From Octopus vulgaris (lineage: Eukaryota), in contig OX597814.1 in NCBI GenBank assembly GCA_951406725.2, positions 94,922,001-94,986,000 of the forward strand: a stretch of DNA of 64,000 nt, in the 5' to 3' direction. Under the pieces are notes generated by a model. The model was given only the letters and a program-made list of their open reading frames with translations. It did not search any database and was not told the origin of the DNA. Made by a program: the position numbers and the translations under genes. Positions 22,780-35,820 of the stretch are shown piece by piece. Each line of letters starts with the position of its first letter. Positions within the stretch are counted from its first letter, which is position 1.

Positions 22780-25330
22780 ATAACTACTTCGTGGAGGAAT
22801 CATTTAATAACATTTATAGCACACAAAGTTGTTGAATTTAGTTTGAAATCAATTTTATTGTATAATGTGTCAAAACTTTTGTCGCACAACTACGACCTCG
22901 ACAGTGACGCAGTTTTACTGTAACTAATTAAAAGTGTGCTAATAGCCTGTTCTTATAGGTTAAAGGTTGTCTCTTTTCCATGTTACTTCATTTTTATTCC
23001 GTTTCCCTCTATTTCCTGTCCACTTTAGATATGTGTGTGTTGTATTCATATAGAGTGACCTCATTACTGATCGGTTATCGGACTGTGGGGTAGTTTTTAG
23101 AGTAATATTCTTGAAACATGATACATCTTTATCCCTCGGTTGAGAAAAGACCCAAACGAGGAATTAGCTAGAATATCAATTTCACTCTGTTCAGTTTACT
23201 GACCATGATGTAGAATTTCCCTAGTAATGCTGGTAAAGTAACATTTTTTTATTTATTTTCATTTCACAACCATCGGAGCGCGAATCGCCCCTCACCAACG
23301 CAGGTTCGTAAGATGGTTGTGATCTATAAGCAGTTTTCAGTAGGAACCAGGAAAAGAAGTATAAACACGCAATGCACATGTGCACATTGAATTCGTAAAG
23401 TGGAAGAGATGAATAAAAACGCAATGTCAAATACATTATATGAGGTCTGCATGCCACATTTGACGCCACTTTTACGCAGCTTTGCTGCAATTTTCTTGTT
23501 TTGGCAGATATTTAGCCCTTCAAACACACACAGCTTTTTGTAACCAAAATAGATGACGGCACTTATATGCAATTCAATTATGAAGGTTATTTTATTTATG
23601 TTCTTTCTGTGAGAATAAACATTGTGGGTCAATATTCAATGTATCGTTTGATTTTTTATTTGCAGAAAAATGAAGAATGTTTTTGTGGTTCAGTTGTTTT
23701 TGAAGGTTATGTAAACTCTCGTTTGTTTGTTTGTTCGTTATGTATTTTAGTAAAATAAAGTAGAACATTTGTTTAATGTTTGGTTGTTAAAATATTGTAT
23801 GCTTAAGATAATTATAGATTTGCAAACTTTTCAAAACACGCAAGAGAATATACATGAAAAATATTTAAAAGTCAAAATTGAGTTCCTGAAGATTGGGCTG
23901 ATGAATTAAATAATAAGGTTTTCAAATTTTGGCACAGCGACAGTGATTTTTTTTTGGGTGGGTGGGGGAGCAAGACGATTACAACGAATTTGATTCGTAC
24001 TTATTTTATCGACACTGAAAAAAGCAAAGACAAAGTCCACCACACAAGCTATTTCTCCATAGCTACTAAACAGAGGCAGACTGCCTATGTTTTTCGAAAA
24101 AAAAGAGGGCGGTGGAGCGATCTTCACGATAGACTCAGCCGATAACCGGATCTGTCTCACACATGATAACAGTTGATCAACATAACTCTACATATCAGCA
24201 AAGTTTGGGCACTGTACCATCGCGTGTAACAGTTTATTCGCTTCAGGAACTCAATTTTGACTTTTAAATATTTTTCATGTATATTCTCTTGCGTGTTTTG
24301 AAAAGTTTGCAAATCTATAATTATCTTAAGCATACAATATTTTAACAACCAAACATTAAACAAATGTTCCACTGATGATACTATCATGCCTACTGACATT
24401 GGAGACGGAGTAGTGTTTTTGAGTGACTCCAGACTTGTGCCTGGTGTCACAACACCCTCTAGTATCTGTTCTTGAATTATTTCTAGGTTTTCAGGGAAGA
24501 AAGCCAATAAGTGACTTTCATTGTCACATGTGTAGAAGCTAGACAAACTCCTTTGGAATCTCAGTTTTAAGGTTTTCCAATCACGAACCTCTAGAAAACA
24601 TACTCCCGGCTCTGTCTCGTTGTTATGTTCGATCAAGAAGATTTGCATAACAATGGGAATTCCACCCAACCATATATCGTCAAAATGTACGTTCCTGCAC
24701 TGACAATCTACCCATATTGTTCCACAACGGTGACTTGTACACTAGGTAGACATCGTTACCCATGTTCCTGATGCTGACCTTTAGTGTTTTCCTTCTCAAA
24801 TGCCATAGGCTCAGCTTATGGATAACACATGCAATCTGTGTCTGCACTTTAGCCCTGTACTCTGATTTTAAAAATCACATATAATGCTATGCTCCCTCCT
24901 TCTCCCAACAAAGGAGATTACACTTAAAATAGCTGAGAGTTCTTTCTCCAACTCTTATTTAATGTAACAAAAAATTCCCTGTGAACTTAGCAAAGTGCAA
25001 GATTACCTCCCACTTCAAAAGGGCCTCCATCATGCATTATAGGAAGCTTGCACCTATTTTGTGGATCATATCTTCCAAGTTTTACATTCTTCGGCAAATG
25101 TCCCATTCTAAGTTTTTTCTATTCAAAAACTCCATTTGTGTAGGATAGCGTTTTGTTACTCTTATTTACTTCTGACGTAGAACTATTGTTGTTACGCTCA
25201 ACATTTCACACTCGAAACCGTCAAAGTGGGTGTTAAAATAATCAGTTTGCTTTTTGGTCCAATTAAAATACTAATCTCTTTTACGTTTGCTTTCTGCTTG
25301 AAAATGTGCTGTTTTGTTTATTTTCAAATT
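22780..25330 (-). pseudogene. Old Penelope-like retroelement remnant
   Basis: LYEFNVHMCIACLY (GIY-YIG-like) in ORF 23221-23490. FDDIW and ETEPGVCFLEV (RT-like) near 24590-24690. Degenerate hammerhead-like motifs at 22869-22908 (-) and 25168-25227 (+). Confidence 0.4.
23763..24369. repeat. Perfect 129-bp inverted repeat pair with 349-bp spacer
   Basis: 23763-23891 is the exact reverse complement of 24241-24369. Confidence 0.95.
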
Positions 25331-25628
25331 TTCTTTGGGAAATGGCTGACTTTCTAAGTGTATACAAGTAAAAGAGTAAGTAATCTCCATGCAGATATTT
25401 ATAAGAATTCTATCGCATCCACAAAACTGTTTTCAAGTCTTCTTTGCCTGGGAACAAGAAAAGCTCCTGCACCTTGATAATGCACAAAAAATACATACCT
25501 TCTCCGTGATGAATTGTAGTAAGCTGGTGCCTGTCTTGTAAACAAAATATGATAATGCTTCCTTTCTTTATTTCTGCAAAACGTCCCATATTGAGTGTTA
25601 ATGTTTCCTTATTCCTGCTTATTTGACG

Positions 25629-26098
25629 TGGAGGCGCAATAGCCCAGTAAGAGCAGCGGACTCGCGGTCGTAGGATCGCGGTTTCGATTCCCAGACCGGG
25701 CATTGTGAGTGTTTATTGAGCGAAAACACCTAATGCTCCACGAGGCTCTAGCAGGGGGTAGTGGTGAACCCTGCTGTACTCTTGCACCACAGCTCTCACT
25801 CACTCTTTCTTCCTGTTTCTGTTGTACCTGTATTTCAAATGGCCAGCCTTGTCACACTCTGTGTCACTCTGAGTTAAGGATACACGTGTCTGTGTATCCT
25901 TGCACGTTAATAAATGAGCTGCGACGCCAAGCTGTATCGACCTTTGCCTTACCCTTGGATAACATCGGTGGTGAGGGGAGGAGAGGCTGGTATGCATGGG
26001 CGACTGCTGGTTTTCCATAAACAACCTTGCCTAGACTTGTGCCTCGGAGGGTAACTTTCTAGGTAGAATCCCATGGTCATTCATGACCGAAGGGGTCA
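25629..26098 (+). mobile_element. tRNA(Arg)-like SINE (OR1-like)
   Basis: ggaggcgcaatagcccagt...ggactcgcggtcgtaggatcgcggtttcgattccc tRNA head and a LINE-like 3' tail. Confidence 0.85.
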
Positions 26099-27772
26099 CA
26101 ATTCCTGCTTGTTTGACATATGCATATGTATAATGTTGTTGCTATTGTTACTACTGCTCTTGTTGTTGATGATGATGTTTTTAAGACAAAGGGTAGGCAA
26201 AATCTTTCTTGAGTTTCATGGGAAAAGCAGTCATTCAAATTAACAATTAACCGAATTATAAGCAAATTTTCGGAATACGAGAAATAGATTAAAGGAAGCA
26301 ATTTTGTCATGCGCCATTAAAATCGTATACATTATAACATTTAACGTTATGAACAACGTTATGAACATTGATGCCTGCTACTCTTAGTTTAAAAACTCGG
26401 CTAAGTAAATATAGACAATATACACAACAGGCATATACACCTAAAACCTACATCAATTTTTGCATGTAAAAAATTGTTTCTAATTTACAATTTTCTTAAT
26501 TAAAAGTATTTAAATAAAACATAATAATATAACTTAATTTTAATGTTTAATATTTGTTATAGTAATTGTAGTGTTGGCAGTATTTCGATTAATTTTTTAG
26601 ACAGCTGTTACTTCGATCAGTTGTTTTTCGAGCAACTGTTTTCGATTAATTTAATTTCGGTACACTGTTTGCATACTGTGTCAAACGTAAAAAAATATAC
26701 CTATATGGTATTTATAAGGATTATCACCCTTATTCTATAAATCTGAAAAAAATGAGTAGGAAATATGAATTAGGTAACAAACTTACTTTGCAATCGCTAG
26801 CAAAAGCATTGAAAACATTTCTAAATTGAGAATTCTGAAAAATTCTCTCTAGTGTTGTAATATAAAATATACTCCAGGGGGTATCTTTTTCTTTATTCTT
26901 ACGTTAATGTATCAGCTGTGGTATGTCGACGTAGCCAAGGAAATATAATATATCAAAAACTACTCAGATAATGGAAAATGAAAGTTAATGACGTCATATC
27001 TATGAAACTTTATTAAAATATGCCACCGAAATAATTCAATATTGGTAAAAGCAAATTATTGCTATGGAAACGAAAAATCAACTGTAAATTATGAATTGTG
27101 AAGTTTCAATTTTCCCAAATTACCTGCAATCATATTAAACCAGAAAAATAGTTTCTCTGAAACATCTATAATTAGCAAAAAATATATGCACAGTACTCAA
27201 AAGTTGTGATCATACGCTCCTTTATTTATTTTTCTCTTTTTTTTTCCTCATATGCGCATAACATAATAGCATATGAAAATGAAACTATAGATGTCGCAAA
27301 GATGCTACACAAATAAAATACAATTTTTTTTTTAAACAAAACAGGGACATAAATGTAACAGTAATAACAAAGCACACTCTTTCAATGGGAGGAAAATGAT
27401 GTTATTCAAATTATTCCACAGCTACATTAGTGGTTTTATAAGAAAGCGAGACCGTAAACCTTATGACTTTCAAATATAGCTATAGTACAATAATATAATA
27501 AGCTTTATGTTCGCTGAATTGCGTTTTTCTTAAACGTACAAAATTCCGTTTCTAAATACATGGTGTTTTTTTTCTTTTCTAAATAGTTTTGTCGTGATTC
27601 TATTTACGTGTAAGTTAAAAATCAACAAAAATTGCTTAACTAGGAGTCTTCCAAACATAAAGGTATTAATTCAGGACCTTCAAAAGAAAGATAATTATAT
27701 GAATTGTATATATACATGCATACATTTGTGTGTGTGTGTGTGTGTGCGTGCGTACGCGCGTATGTGTGTGTG

Positions 27773-28040
27773 AGGGCGCATGGCCTAGTGGTTACGGTGT
27801 TGCACTCACGGTCGATAGATCGTGATTTCAGTTCCTAGACTGGATTGTGTGTTGTGTTCTTGAACAAAACACTTCATTTCACGTCGGTCTGCGATCACTC
27901 CGACACCTAACGTGTGGTACACCATGCACCTGTTCAGGCAATGTCACTTTGATGGAGAGAGTAAGCTATTGTGCGGCACAAACATTTGATCTCTATAAAC
28001 AAATCATTTGTGCAGGTTATATCTCCGAAGGGAGATAATC
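27773..28040 (+). mobile_element. tRNA-derived SINE (OR-like)
   Basis: agggcgcatggcctagtggttacggtgttgcactcacg head and tgtgttcttgaacaaaacacttcatttcacg core. Confidence 0.8.
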
Positions 28041-28097
28041 CCACCACATACATACATACATGCACCCATCCATCCATACATGCATACAAATATTGAT

Positions 28098-28310
28098 TTC
28101 AGATTTTGGCACAAGGCCAGTAATTTCGTGGAAGGGATAAGTCGCTGACCTCGACCCCAGTGTTCAACTGCCACTTACTTTGTCGACCCCGAAAAGATGA
28201 AAGAAGACAAAGTAGCCCTCGGCGGCATTTGAACTCAGAACGTAAAGACGGATGAAATGCCGCTAAGCATTTTGCTCGGCGTGCTAACGATTCTGCCTGC
28301 TCGCTGCCCT
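28098..28310 (-). mobile_element. Meta-domain-like SINE, minus strand
   Basis: Reverse complement reads ggcagcgagcaggcagaatcgttagcacgccgagc...gagttcaaatgcc. Confidence 0.88.
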
Positions 28311-29754
28311 CATGCATATTAAAATTAATAGCTCATATAGTCTGGTACTAGTCGCTGAGTCTATAATCACGATGGCCTAGAAACTGGCAGTTAACAGTCA
28401 TTGTCTTGGTCGCCAGGACTATTTCGAATTCATGGCCTAGACTTTTAATGACGATCAAGAACACAGCAACACAATTAATAAAAATTACATGAACTGAAGA
28501 TAAGCTTCTACGAAACATTGATTAAAATTAAATTTTAGCTCTGTACAATACGGTAATCAACCCTATTATTGAAGTTTCAAATTAGTAATGGAGTTTGAGT
28601 GATGCATGCATTAATACATTCATTAAAACATAAAAGTGTGTAAGTAGTTTTGAAATAGAACAATACAACAATAATGATAAGACAAGCGAAAGCAACAACT
28701 AAGCTAAGACAACGCCACTTTAGTATCATCATCATCTTCATCATCATCATCATCAACAGCAACAACAGCAGCATTATCATCATCGTTAAACTTCCCTGTC
28801 TTTCTGCTCTTAACCATAATCATCAAAATTATAATAAATAATGATTGCGAAGAAAAAGAACAAAAAGATTATAGCAAAACCATTAAAAGTTGATTTGAGC
28901 ACAAATTTTCTAAATTACAACTTCTCGTTGGACATACTTTTCCATCGATTTTTAATTTGACTGTAAAAGCAATTAAATGAAAGTTATATCGGCAAATTTA
29001 CAGATATAATGAAATCTATGAGTCGATAGATATATATAAAATGCATACAGATATATAGGTAACTGTTACGACTGGTATATATACACAAAGAATCAACTGG
29101 CTAGATTGACGGATGGATAACTAGGAAAGTAAGTAGGTTAGTTAATAGTTGAATTATTATATATGCAGCTTAATATAGTATACAAAAGAGTATTGTATAC
29201 GCACACATGAAAAATTGTTCATTGAAAGAGAGATAAAAGTCTGTAATGTTATTTACATTCAGAAATAGATAAATTGATAAACAGACAGATAAAGAGGTAG
29301 CTTCTATTTTAAAAAAATATTCTGTTTAACATTTGTTCTTAAAGTTTTCTTTTTTTCATATGTTCATTACAAAATGTTGAGAAATGAAATCTACTAAATC
29401 GATAAAATGTCGACCGGTTTGTCTAAGGATTGGTGATTCCTATCTCGTTACTGTCGCAGATATCAATTCCTGAATCTTGTCAGTTAATTATGGTCGTGCG
29501 AAATCTTGAGCAAGTGTCTCTTCTAAATGAAGAGAGAAATCATTCATACAGGAATTAAAAGTAAGTATATGGTGAAAACATAACAACCAAATGATGGAGA
29601 AAGATTAGGAAAAAATGCTCCGTCCTTTTGAGATAATACAAAACTATGTAAGTACAAATTTAATGGTGTGTATCAATCATAATTTTATAGTGAATAAAGG
29701 TAATAAATACAGTAACAATGATTATATGTATCAACTCTTGAGACTAACTCTTAT

Positions 29755-29920
29755 AGGCGCAAATGAGGTTGTATGGCGAGACGTTTGCTTCTAAACCACA
29801 AGGTTTTGGTTCCATACACACTGCATTGCACCTCGGACAAAGGTTTCTATAATAGCCTCGAACCAAGCAAGGTTTTGTCAGTGGATTTGTTAGACGGAAG
29901 CTGAAAAGAACCTTTCAAAT
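29755..29920 (+). mobile_element. Diverged SINE head (ggctgtgtggtaag family)
   Basis: aggcgcaaatgaggttgtatgg...gtggatttgttagacggaagctgaaa. Confidence 0.7.
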
Positions 29921-29932
29921 ATATTATATTAT

Positions 29933-29975
<43 letters not shown>

Positions 29976-29977
29976 TA

Positions 29978-30192
29978 CAGTAATCCCTCGCCATATCGCG
30001 GTTCATCTATCGTGGTTTCTTATTTATGCTTATGTCGATTCCTACGTGATGTTGTTTTGCATTTATAATAAAATAAATATATACAAATCATAAAAATAAT
30101 TATTTAAAATATACAGTACTGTTTCTACTTCGCGGATTTTAACCAATCATGGGGTGGTTTGGAACGTAACACCCGTGATAGTCGAGGGATTA

Positions 30193-30195
<3 letters not shown>
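29978..30195. mobile_element. Tigger/pogo-like MITE
   Basis: ta|cagtaatccctcg ... cgagggattacca|ta terminal inverted repeats with TA flanks. Confidence 0.8.
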
Positions 30196-30265
<70 letters not shown>

Positions 30266-30270
30266 TATAT

Positions 30271-32040
30271 TGTTGTGTCTAAGGAGATTCATAGGGTCTT
30301 AATATAACACACTCATCGGTTCAATTTCCACGCTTAGATGAGCGAAAAATTAAATGCAAACATAAATTACATTACTTATATAATATGTTTTGCTAATTTT
30401 TCCGTACATATAAAGCCCTATTTTATGTTACTAATTTGTTGTTGATATAATTTATTGTAGTATTAGTGTATAACTTAGCATGATATCATATGTTGTATAT
30501 TACATTATTTCAATACGTTTAAACTTGGATGTTTCTTAAATAAATAAATAAATGAATATATAAATTAATGAATATCTATTCATTATAGTAACATAAATTT
30601 ATTTAACTATATTATGTATATTTTACGTATTTTAGTATTAATTATTTGGACTTTAAATCTTCCAGTAAATAGTAGTTTATAGTTTTGTTTTGGTTTTCTC
30701 TCTTATTCTCTAATTCTAGAAGATTAAATATCTTTCGTCATTTTCATTAATATAATACATACTTCTATATATTTATTCTATTTTCTTAGTTACGCAACGT
30801 CTTCACGGGTTAAATTTCTTATAAACGCTAAGGCCTACGTTTTTACGTTTTAAATTCAGCTAACAGATTTTCTTAGATAATATAGGTCGTGAATTTCTTT
30901 TTAAAACAATATTGTTAAATTTTCTTTGATTGTTATTGTAAAAATAATGATTTCTATATTGTTATTTGTTAATTATAAATTACGACACGTATATTTATTT
31001 ACTTATTATTATTATCATTGTTATTATCTTGTGAATTATAATCTTAACGTATTACATATAATTTACATTTGTTATGTAATAGTTTTGTAAGACAAAATCT
31101 CATCGAATTGGTAGTAATTTTTTATTTGTTATGTAATATTGCATTTAAGTAAATATTTTTAATAATAATAGAAACTTTGTTTAATTCTATAAATGAGTGA
31201 AATATTTAATCTATACATAAATTGGATTAATTATATAAGTTTAACTAATTTGTGTGTATATATTTAAACCATTTTCTATTTTTAATTCTTGTAGTCATAG
31301 TTTGTAGTAGTATTATAAGTTAGCATGAAGTTTTTTAGTATATAGATGTTTATTAAATAAATACATCAATAAATAATTTAATGGATATAGATTAAATTAT
31401 AGTATTTTAGCTTCACTTAATGTATATTATGTATTTTGTATATATATTTTTTGTATTAAATAATTTGTTTTAATTACTTGTATTTTAATTTTCCAGTATT
31501 GATATACTATAGTTTGTTATTTTTTTCTTCTATAAGCTAAAATATATTTTCATAGATAAAATAAATATTTCTATCTATTTATTCTAGTTTTATTTGCACC
31601 ACATTTTTAACGAGATAAATTTATCATAAACACTAAGTCCTACGTATTAAGTTTAATGATGTAGTTAACAGAATATATTCAATAAGATATTTCATGTTTT
31701 TATTTTAAGACATATTGTTGAATTTTGTTCGTTTTTTTATTGTAAAATTACGTATATTTGTATATATATTTATATTTACTTATAAGATAATATACGTACA
31801 TTTATTTGATTATTTTATTGTTTTTATCTTAGACCTGATGAGTGACTATATTTAAATTGAATATATTTTATTGTTATCGATTTAAAATACGTGTAGTCTA
31901 TTTACTAATTATATACTATTTATTTATTATTTCGTACTTTATTTAGTTCTAGGTAAATGTTTTATCCTATCTTTAATTTTTTCCATATGGCATGATTCAA
32001 GTATATCACTGAAATTGTTACATGGTGGATCTTCTCTATT
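30271..32040 (-). mobile_element. Extremely AT-rich Penelope-like remnant with a diverged tandem duplication (~800-bp period), between (TA)n tracts
   Basis: ataaacgctaaggcctacgt (~30821) vs ataaacactaagtcctacgt (~31626). Minus-strand YRNHYFYNNNQRKFNNIVLK resembles the C-terminal half of a Penelope GIY-YIG domain. Confidence 0.5.
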
Positions 32041-32061
32041 TTATATACATATATATATATA

Positions 32062-33274
32062 TCGGATCATCCTTTAAATAATATGCGAAATATCCTATAT
32101 GTAATTTCTCTCAAATTTTACAGTATTCTAAAGTGTCACATGGTATTGATTGATTGATGCTCATATAAATTTGGAAACCTTTAACTTAATATAGTTTCTT
32201 TTTACAGAATAATATAAGTGAATTAATTACTAATATTAACCCCTCAAAGATGAACGTTTCGAAGGAGCATTTAAGGCACATGGTGCTTTCCGAGTTCATA
32301 AATGGAAATAGTGCAACAGAAGTAGCCCGAAATATTCAATATATTTCTGGGAAGAGTGCTTGATCGAAAACAGTTGCAGAAGATGGTTTGAAAAGTTCAA
32401 AAAGTTCAAAAATGGTGATGTCAGCCTAAGAGAGAGGCCATGAATAGGACACCCTGTTGAATTCGATGATGAGCATCTTTTGTCAGAGCTTGTCAGCTGG
32501 AGAATTGGCAAGCAGGCTCGGTTCACTGCCATCTTTAAGAACTTGGAAAGGAGTTCAAACTAGGAAAATGGGTTCCCCATGATTTGATAGAAGCCAACCG
32601 AAAATTATGAGTGGACATCTGCTTATCTCTTCACTCTCATGATCATATCTCACCATTTTTTGACAGATTTGTGGCTGGTGAGGAAAAATGGATTTTTTTA
32701 GGCAAGCAATGGCTTGGATGTGGAGAATAGGCTTAAACCACAACCAAAAATGGAATCCCATGCAAAAACGGTTCTTCCTTGTGTTTGATGGAATTGCATT
32801 GGAGCCATCCACTCTGGGCTGCTACAAAACTAGTACAACAGTTACTGCTCACACCTATTGCCAACAATTAGTGCGTTTGGTTGCTGCTCTAAAGAAAAAA
32901 GCCTGCTTTTGCGAATCGTAACGGAATGATGTTTCATCATAATAATACAAAGTTCCACACTGCAAAGATTACATCAAAAACAATCGAAGAACTTGGCTGA
33001 GAAAATATTCCTCACCCATTTTTGTCGAAGTTTACAGAATCATTTAGATGGATTAGTACTCAAGAACCCCAAAAGAGGTCAAAACTGACCTCTCTTCTTT
33101 TTCTCATCAAAACCAAAAGAGTTTTTCGCCAATGGAATTAAAAACTGATGAGTAGATGGAAGGAAGTCATGAATAATGACGACAATTATATATAGGATAA
33201 ATTTCTAATAAAATGTAAACCTAGATGACTTTTTTCTAACCCATAATTTGGACATTACTTATGGGATGACGTGA
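32062..33274 (+). mobile_element. Decayed mariner transposon (transposase pseudogene, ~32250-33200)
   Basis: MNVSKEHLRHMVLSEF N-terminus, WFEKFK, WVPHDL (32569), TVTAHTYCQQL, FHHNNTKFHTA. Imperfect TIRs in TA context. Confidence 0.9.
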
Positions 33275-33276
33275 TA

Positions 33277-33288
33277 TATATGTATGTA

Positions 33289-33362
<74 letters not shown>
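33277..33362. repeat. (GT)n microsatellite
   Basis: Direct. Confidence 0.95.
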
Positions 33363-33364
<2 letters not shown>

Positions 33365-33732
33365 CATAGTTAATAGAAAAACATATATCAGAAAGAAGCA
33401 CTCTCTAAAGAAGAGAGCAGTAATTATTACAACAAACATTTTATATCTTGGACATAAAGTTACCCAAGGTGTCGCATCCTCAAAGCAAAAGCTTATGGAC
33501 AGCTCGTCAGTCTCTATATAAATACAAAATTTAAAATATCTACGTCGCAGACGTGAGGAAGCCTTTAGAACTCTAGGAATATATCTTAATAAAAAAACTT
33601 TAATGAAGACGGGTTATCTCCCCTTATAGACCAGAAGAAGCCTAACTAGCAAACGGGGCGATCTAATTTCCCAGTAAGTAGCGCTTGAAATGTATACATT
33701 TAGAAAACATTGACAATCGAACATTAACAAAA

Positions 33733-34092
33733 ACAACAAGAGCACTCACACAACGCAAACCTCCGCAAAACTAACACCAACGTCCTCTCAACGATTAGCC
33801 GGAGAGGATTTTTTAAAATGAGAATATCTTAAATAAACTCGACTGCTCTCACAAATGATATTCCTGAAAATGAACCTGACCGCTCTCAAAAATTAAGTAA
33901 AAAAAGCGGGAAAATAATCCAGAATCCTTGTTCGGTACTGGATCGATCCAAAAATGTAATCAGTTCGTGTCAAACATCCCTGGAAATTTCATCTGAATCT
34001 ATCCAGCGGTTCTTAAGATATCTTGTCCACACTCAAACAAACACACACGACTGAAAACATTACTTCCACCTTAGTGAAGGCGGAGTTAATAA
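33733..34092 (+). mobile_element. Helentron-like non-autonomous element (HINE/DINE-1-like architecture)
   Basis: Starts aacaagag. Subterminal aacctccgc is complementary to 3' gcggagtt. 3' hairpin ttccaccttagtgaaggcggag. Second copy at 1-180. Confidence 0.6.
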
Positions 34093-34165
34093 CAAATCAA
34101 GAAGAGGACGTACAAATGGATTGTATTAGCTTGACGCTCAGTAAAAGTGGAAAAAAGAGTGGGTT

Positions 34166-34198
34166 TTTAACGTTTCGAGCATAGCTCTTCGTCAGAAA
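34166..34198 (-). ncRNA. Minimal hammerhead ribozyme motif in a Penelope-like terminal repeat fragment
   Basis: Minus strand reads ttt-ctgacga-a-gagc-tat-gctc-gaaa-cg-tt-aaa: intact CUGANGA and GAAA core, palindromic aacgtt stem III. Confidence 0.8.
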
Positions 34199-35689
34199 GA
34201 CGGAGAAGGGAAAAGTTCACGAACAGCACGTGTGAGGTTACATGCTTGATATATATGTATAGATTTGTGTGTCTGTGTGTGCGTGTGTGTATGTGTGTAT
34301 GAGTGTTGACGAGGTCTAATTAGAGGGAAACATATCCGTTACTTTCAAGCGGTTGGTTTTAAAGATGCGACCCACTCATACATTTTCTCAAAGTTATCCT
34401 TCTCCTCGAATTTAAATACCTCTAAATGAAGTTTTGTTTAGTAATTGTTTAGATAACTTCAATTGATCCCATTTTTTCTACAAGCTTTATTACATATGTA
34501 ATAATAAAGCTGGATTTACTATCCGTAACACTCTACTGAGGTATTTCTTTTCTCAAATTACTGTTGTGATCATTCAAAAAACGTATATGACGACTGTGTA
34601 GCGTAGGCCAAATACACTCACGCTTGTAACTATCAAAGACAATTACCTAGAGTGAATCACGTTATAAAAACAAAAAGTCCATCTTTAATGTAAAATTATA
34701 AAACTTACAGGAAATGAATTATAAACTTAAATATGTTTTTACATTGATCCAAGTATTTAGTTTGTGGGTGGGGGAATCGTTTCTGCCGTGTTTGTTGATT
34801 AAATATTTATTTCTTATTTTGTACATTTGCACAGGCTACAATTTTTAAGAAAATATTTTAGTTGATTTAATTTACTCCGCCCTCAATACATTAATGATGC
34901 TTTATCATTCATAGTGTTTGAACAGAAATGCCTTATCTCCGATAGAATTTGTACTCACAATGCATAAAAAATGAAATAATGTAAGGATTTGGTCCTCGGC
35001 TCAGCTATATGTCTCATGTTCAAGTCATGAGTAAACAAATGCAAACTCAATTGTTTATCTAATGATTTCATAATTAACTAAGTAAAAAAAGATATTTGAT
35101 TATTTTGCATTATTTTACATTATTTTTACACAATTTTAATATTTAATTTATTTGACATTATTTTACATAGAGACTTGATCAGAGGAGAAACTGCTGCGCC
35201 TTTGATCCTTTCGAAGGTTTTATCACTGGTCTGAGAAAGAGCGAAAACCTACATCAAATTTTCAAATCGGAGGCCCAACTCGTATACTTACAACAAAGGA
35301 AGGACACTGCTAAATACACTCAGTCACTGGGTGGTAACGTTTGCTATGTTACTCTAGTATTATCAAGGTAAATTATCAACTCCAGGGTTTACTTCTTTTA
35401 AAACTGCTATTGCTCTTCAAAGTTTCTACTTGAGCATTGCTGATATTACATAATATGCCTTCCATGGTACATACGGATGTGAATATGAATAACGCTTGTT
35501 ATACTTGATCCAACACTTGCTAACTGGGAATGGCTTTTTTATTTTGATTAGGATATTCTCTACTGTTTTCATTTGGATTAGTATTGTTCTCCCGTGAAGG
35601 TTTCTAGTTTTATTTGTCTGTATACTCGAAATACTTCTATCATGTAACATCTTGATGTGTCCAGACTTACAAAAGTGCTTTTGTACTGG

Positions 35690-35820
35690 TGTGTGTGTGT
35701 CTGTCTGTATCTGTCTGTCTGTCTTTATGTATGTATGTATGTATGTATGTATGTATGTATGTATGTATGTATGTATGTATGTATTTGTATGTATGTATGT
35801 GTACATTTGTCTGTGTGTGA
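35690..35820. repeat. Compound (GT)/(GTCT)/(GTAT)n microsatellite
   Basis: Direct. Confidence 0.95.

Noticed and set aside
25629-25705. tRNA-Arg-like sequence (also 27773, 47243, 59570)
   Set aside because: These are SINE heads with a broken cloverleaf that continue into the SINE body, not tRNA genes.
26885-27000. Possible minus-strand exon ending at gtaaga, and a nearby TGACGTCA site
   Set aside because: No acceptor or recognisable peptide. A single 8-mer is expected by chance.
28330-28500. Candidate minus-strand exon after ttcag
   Set aside because: Short open frame with no recognisable homology, so it is unsupported.
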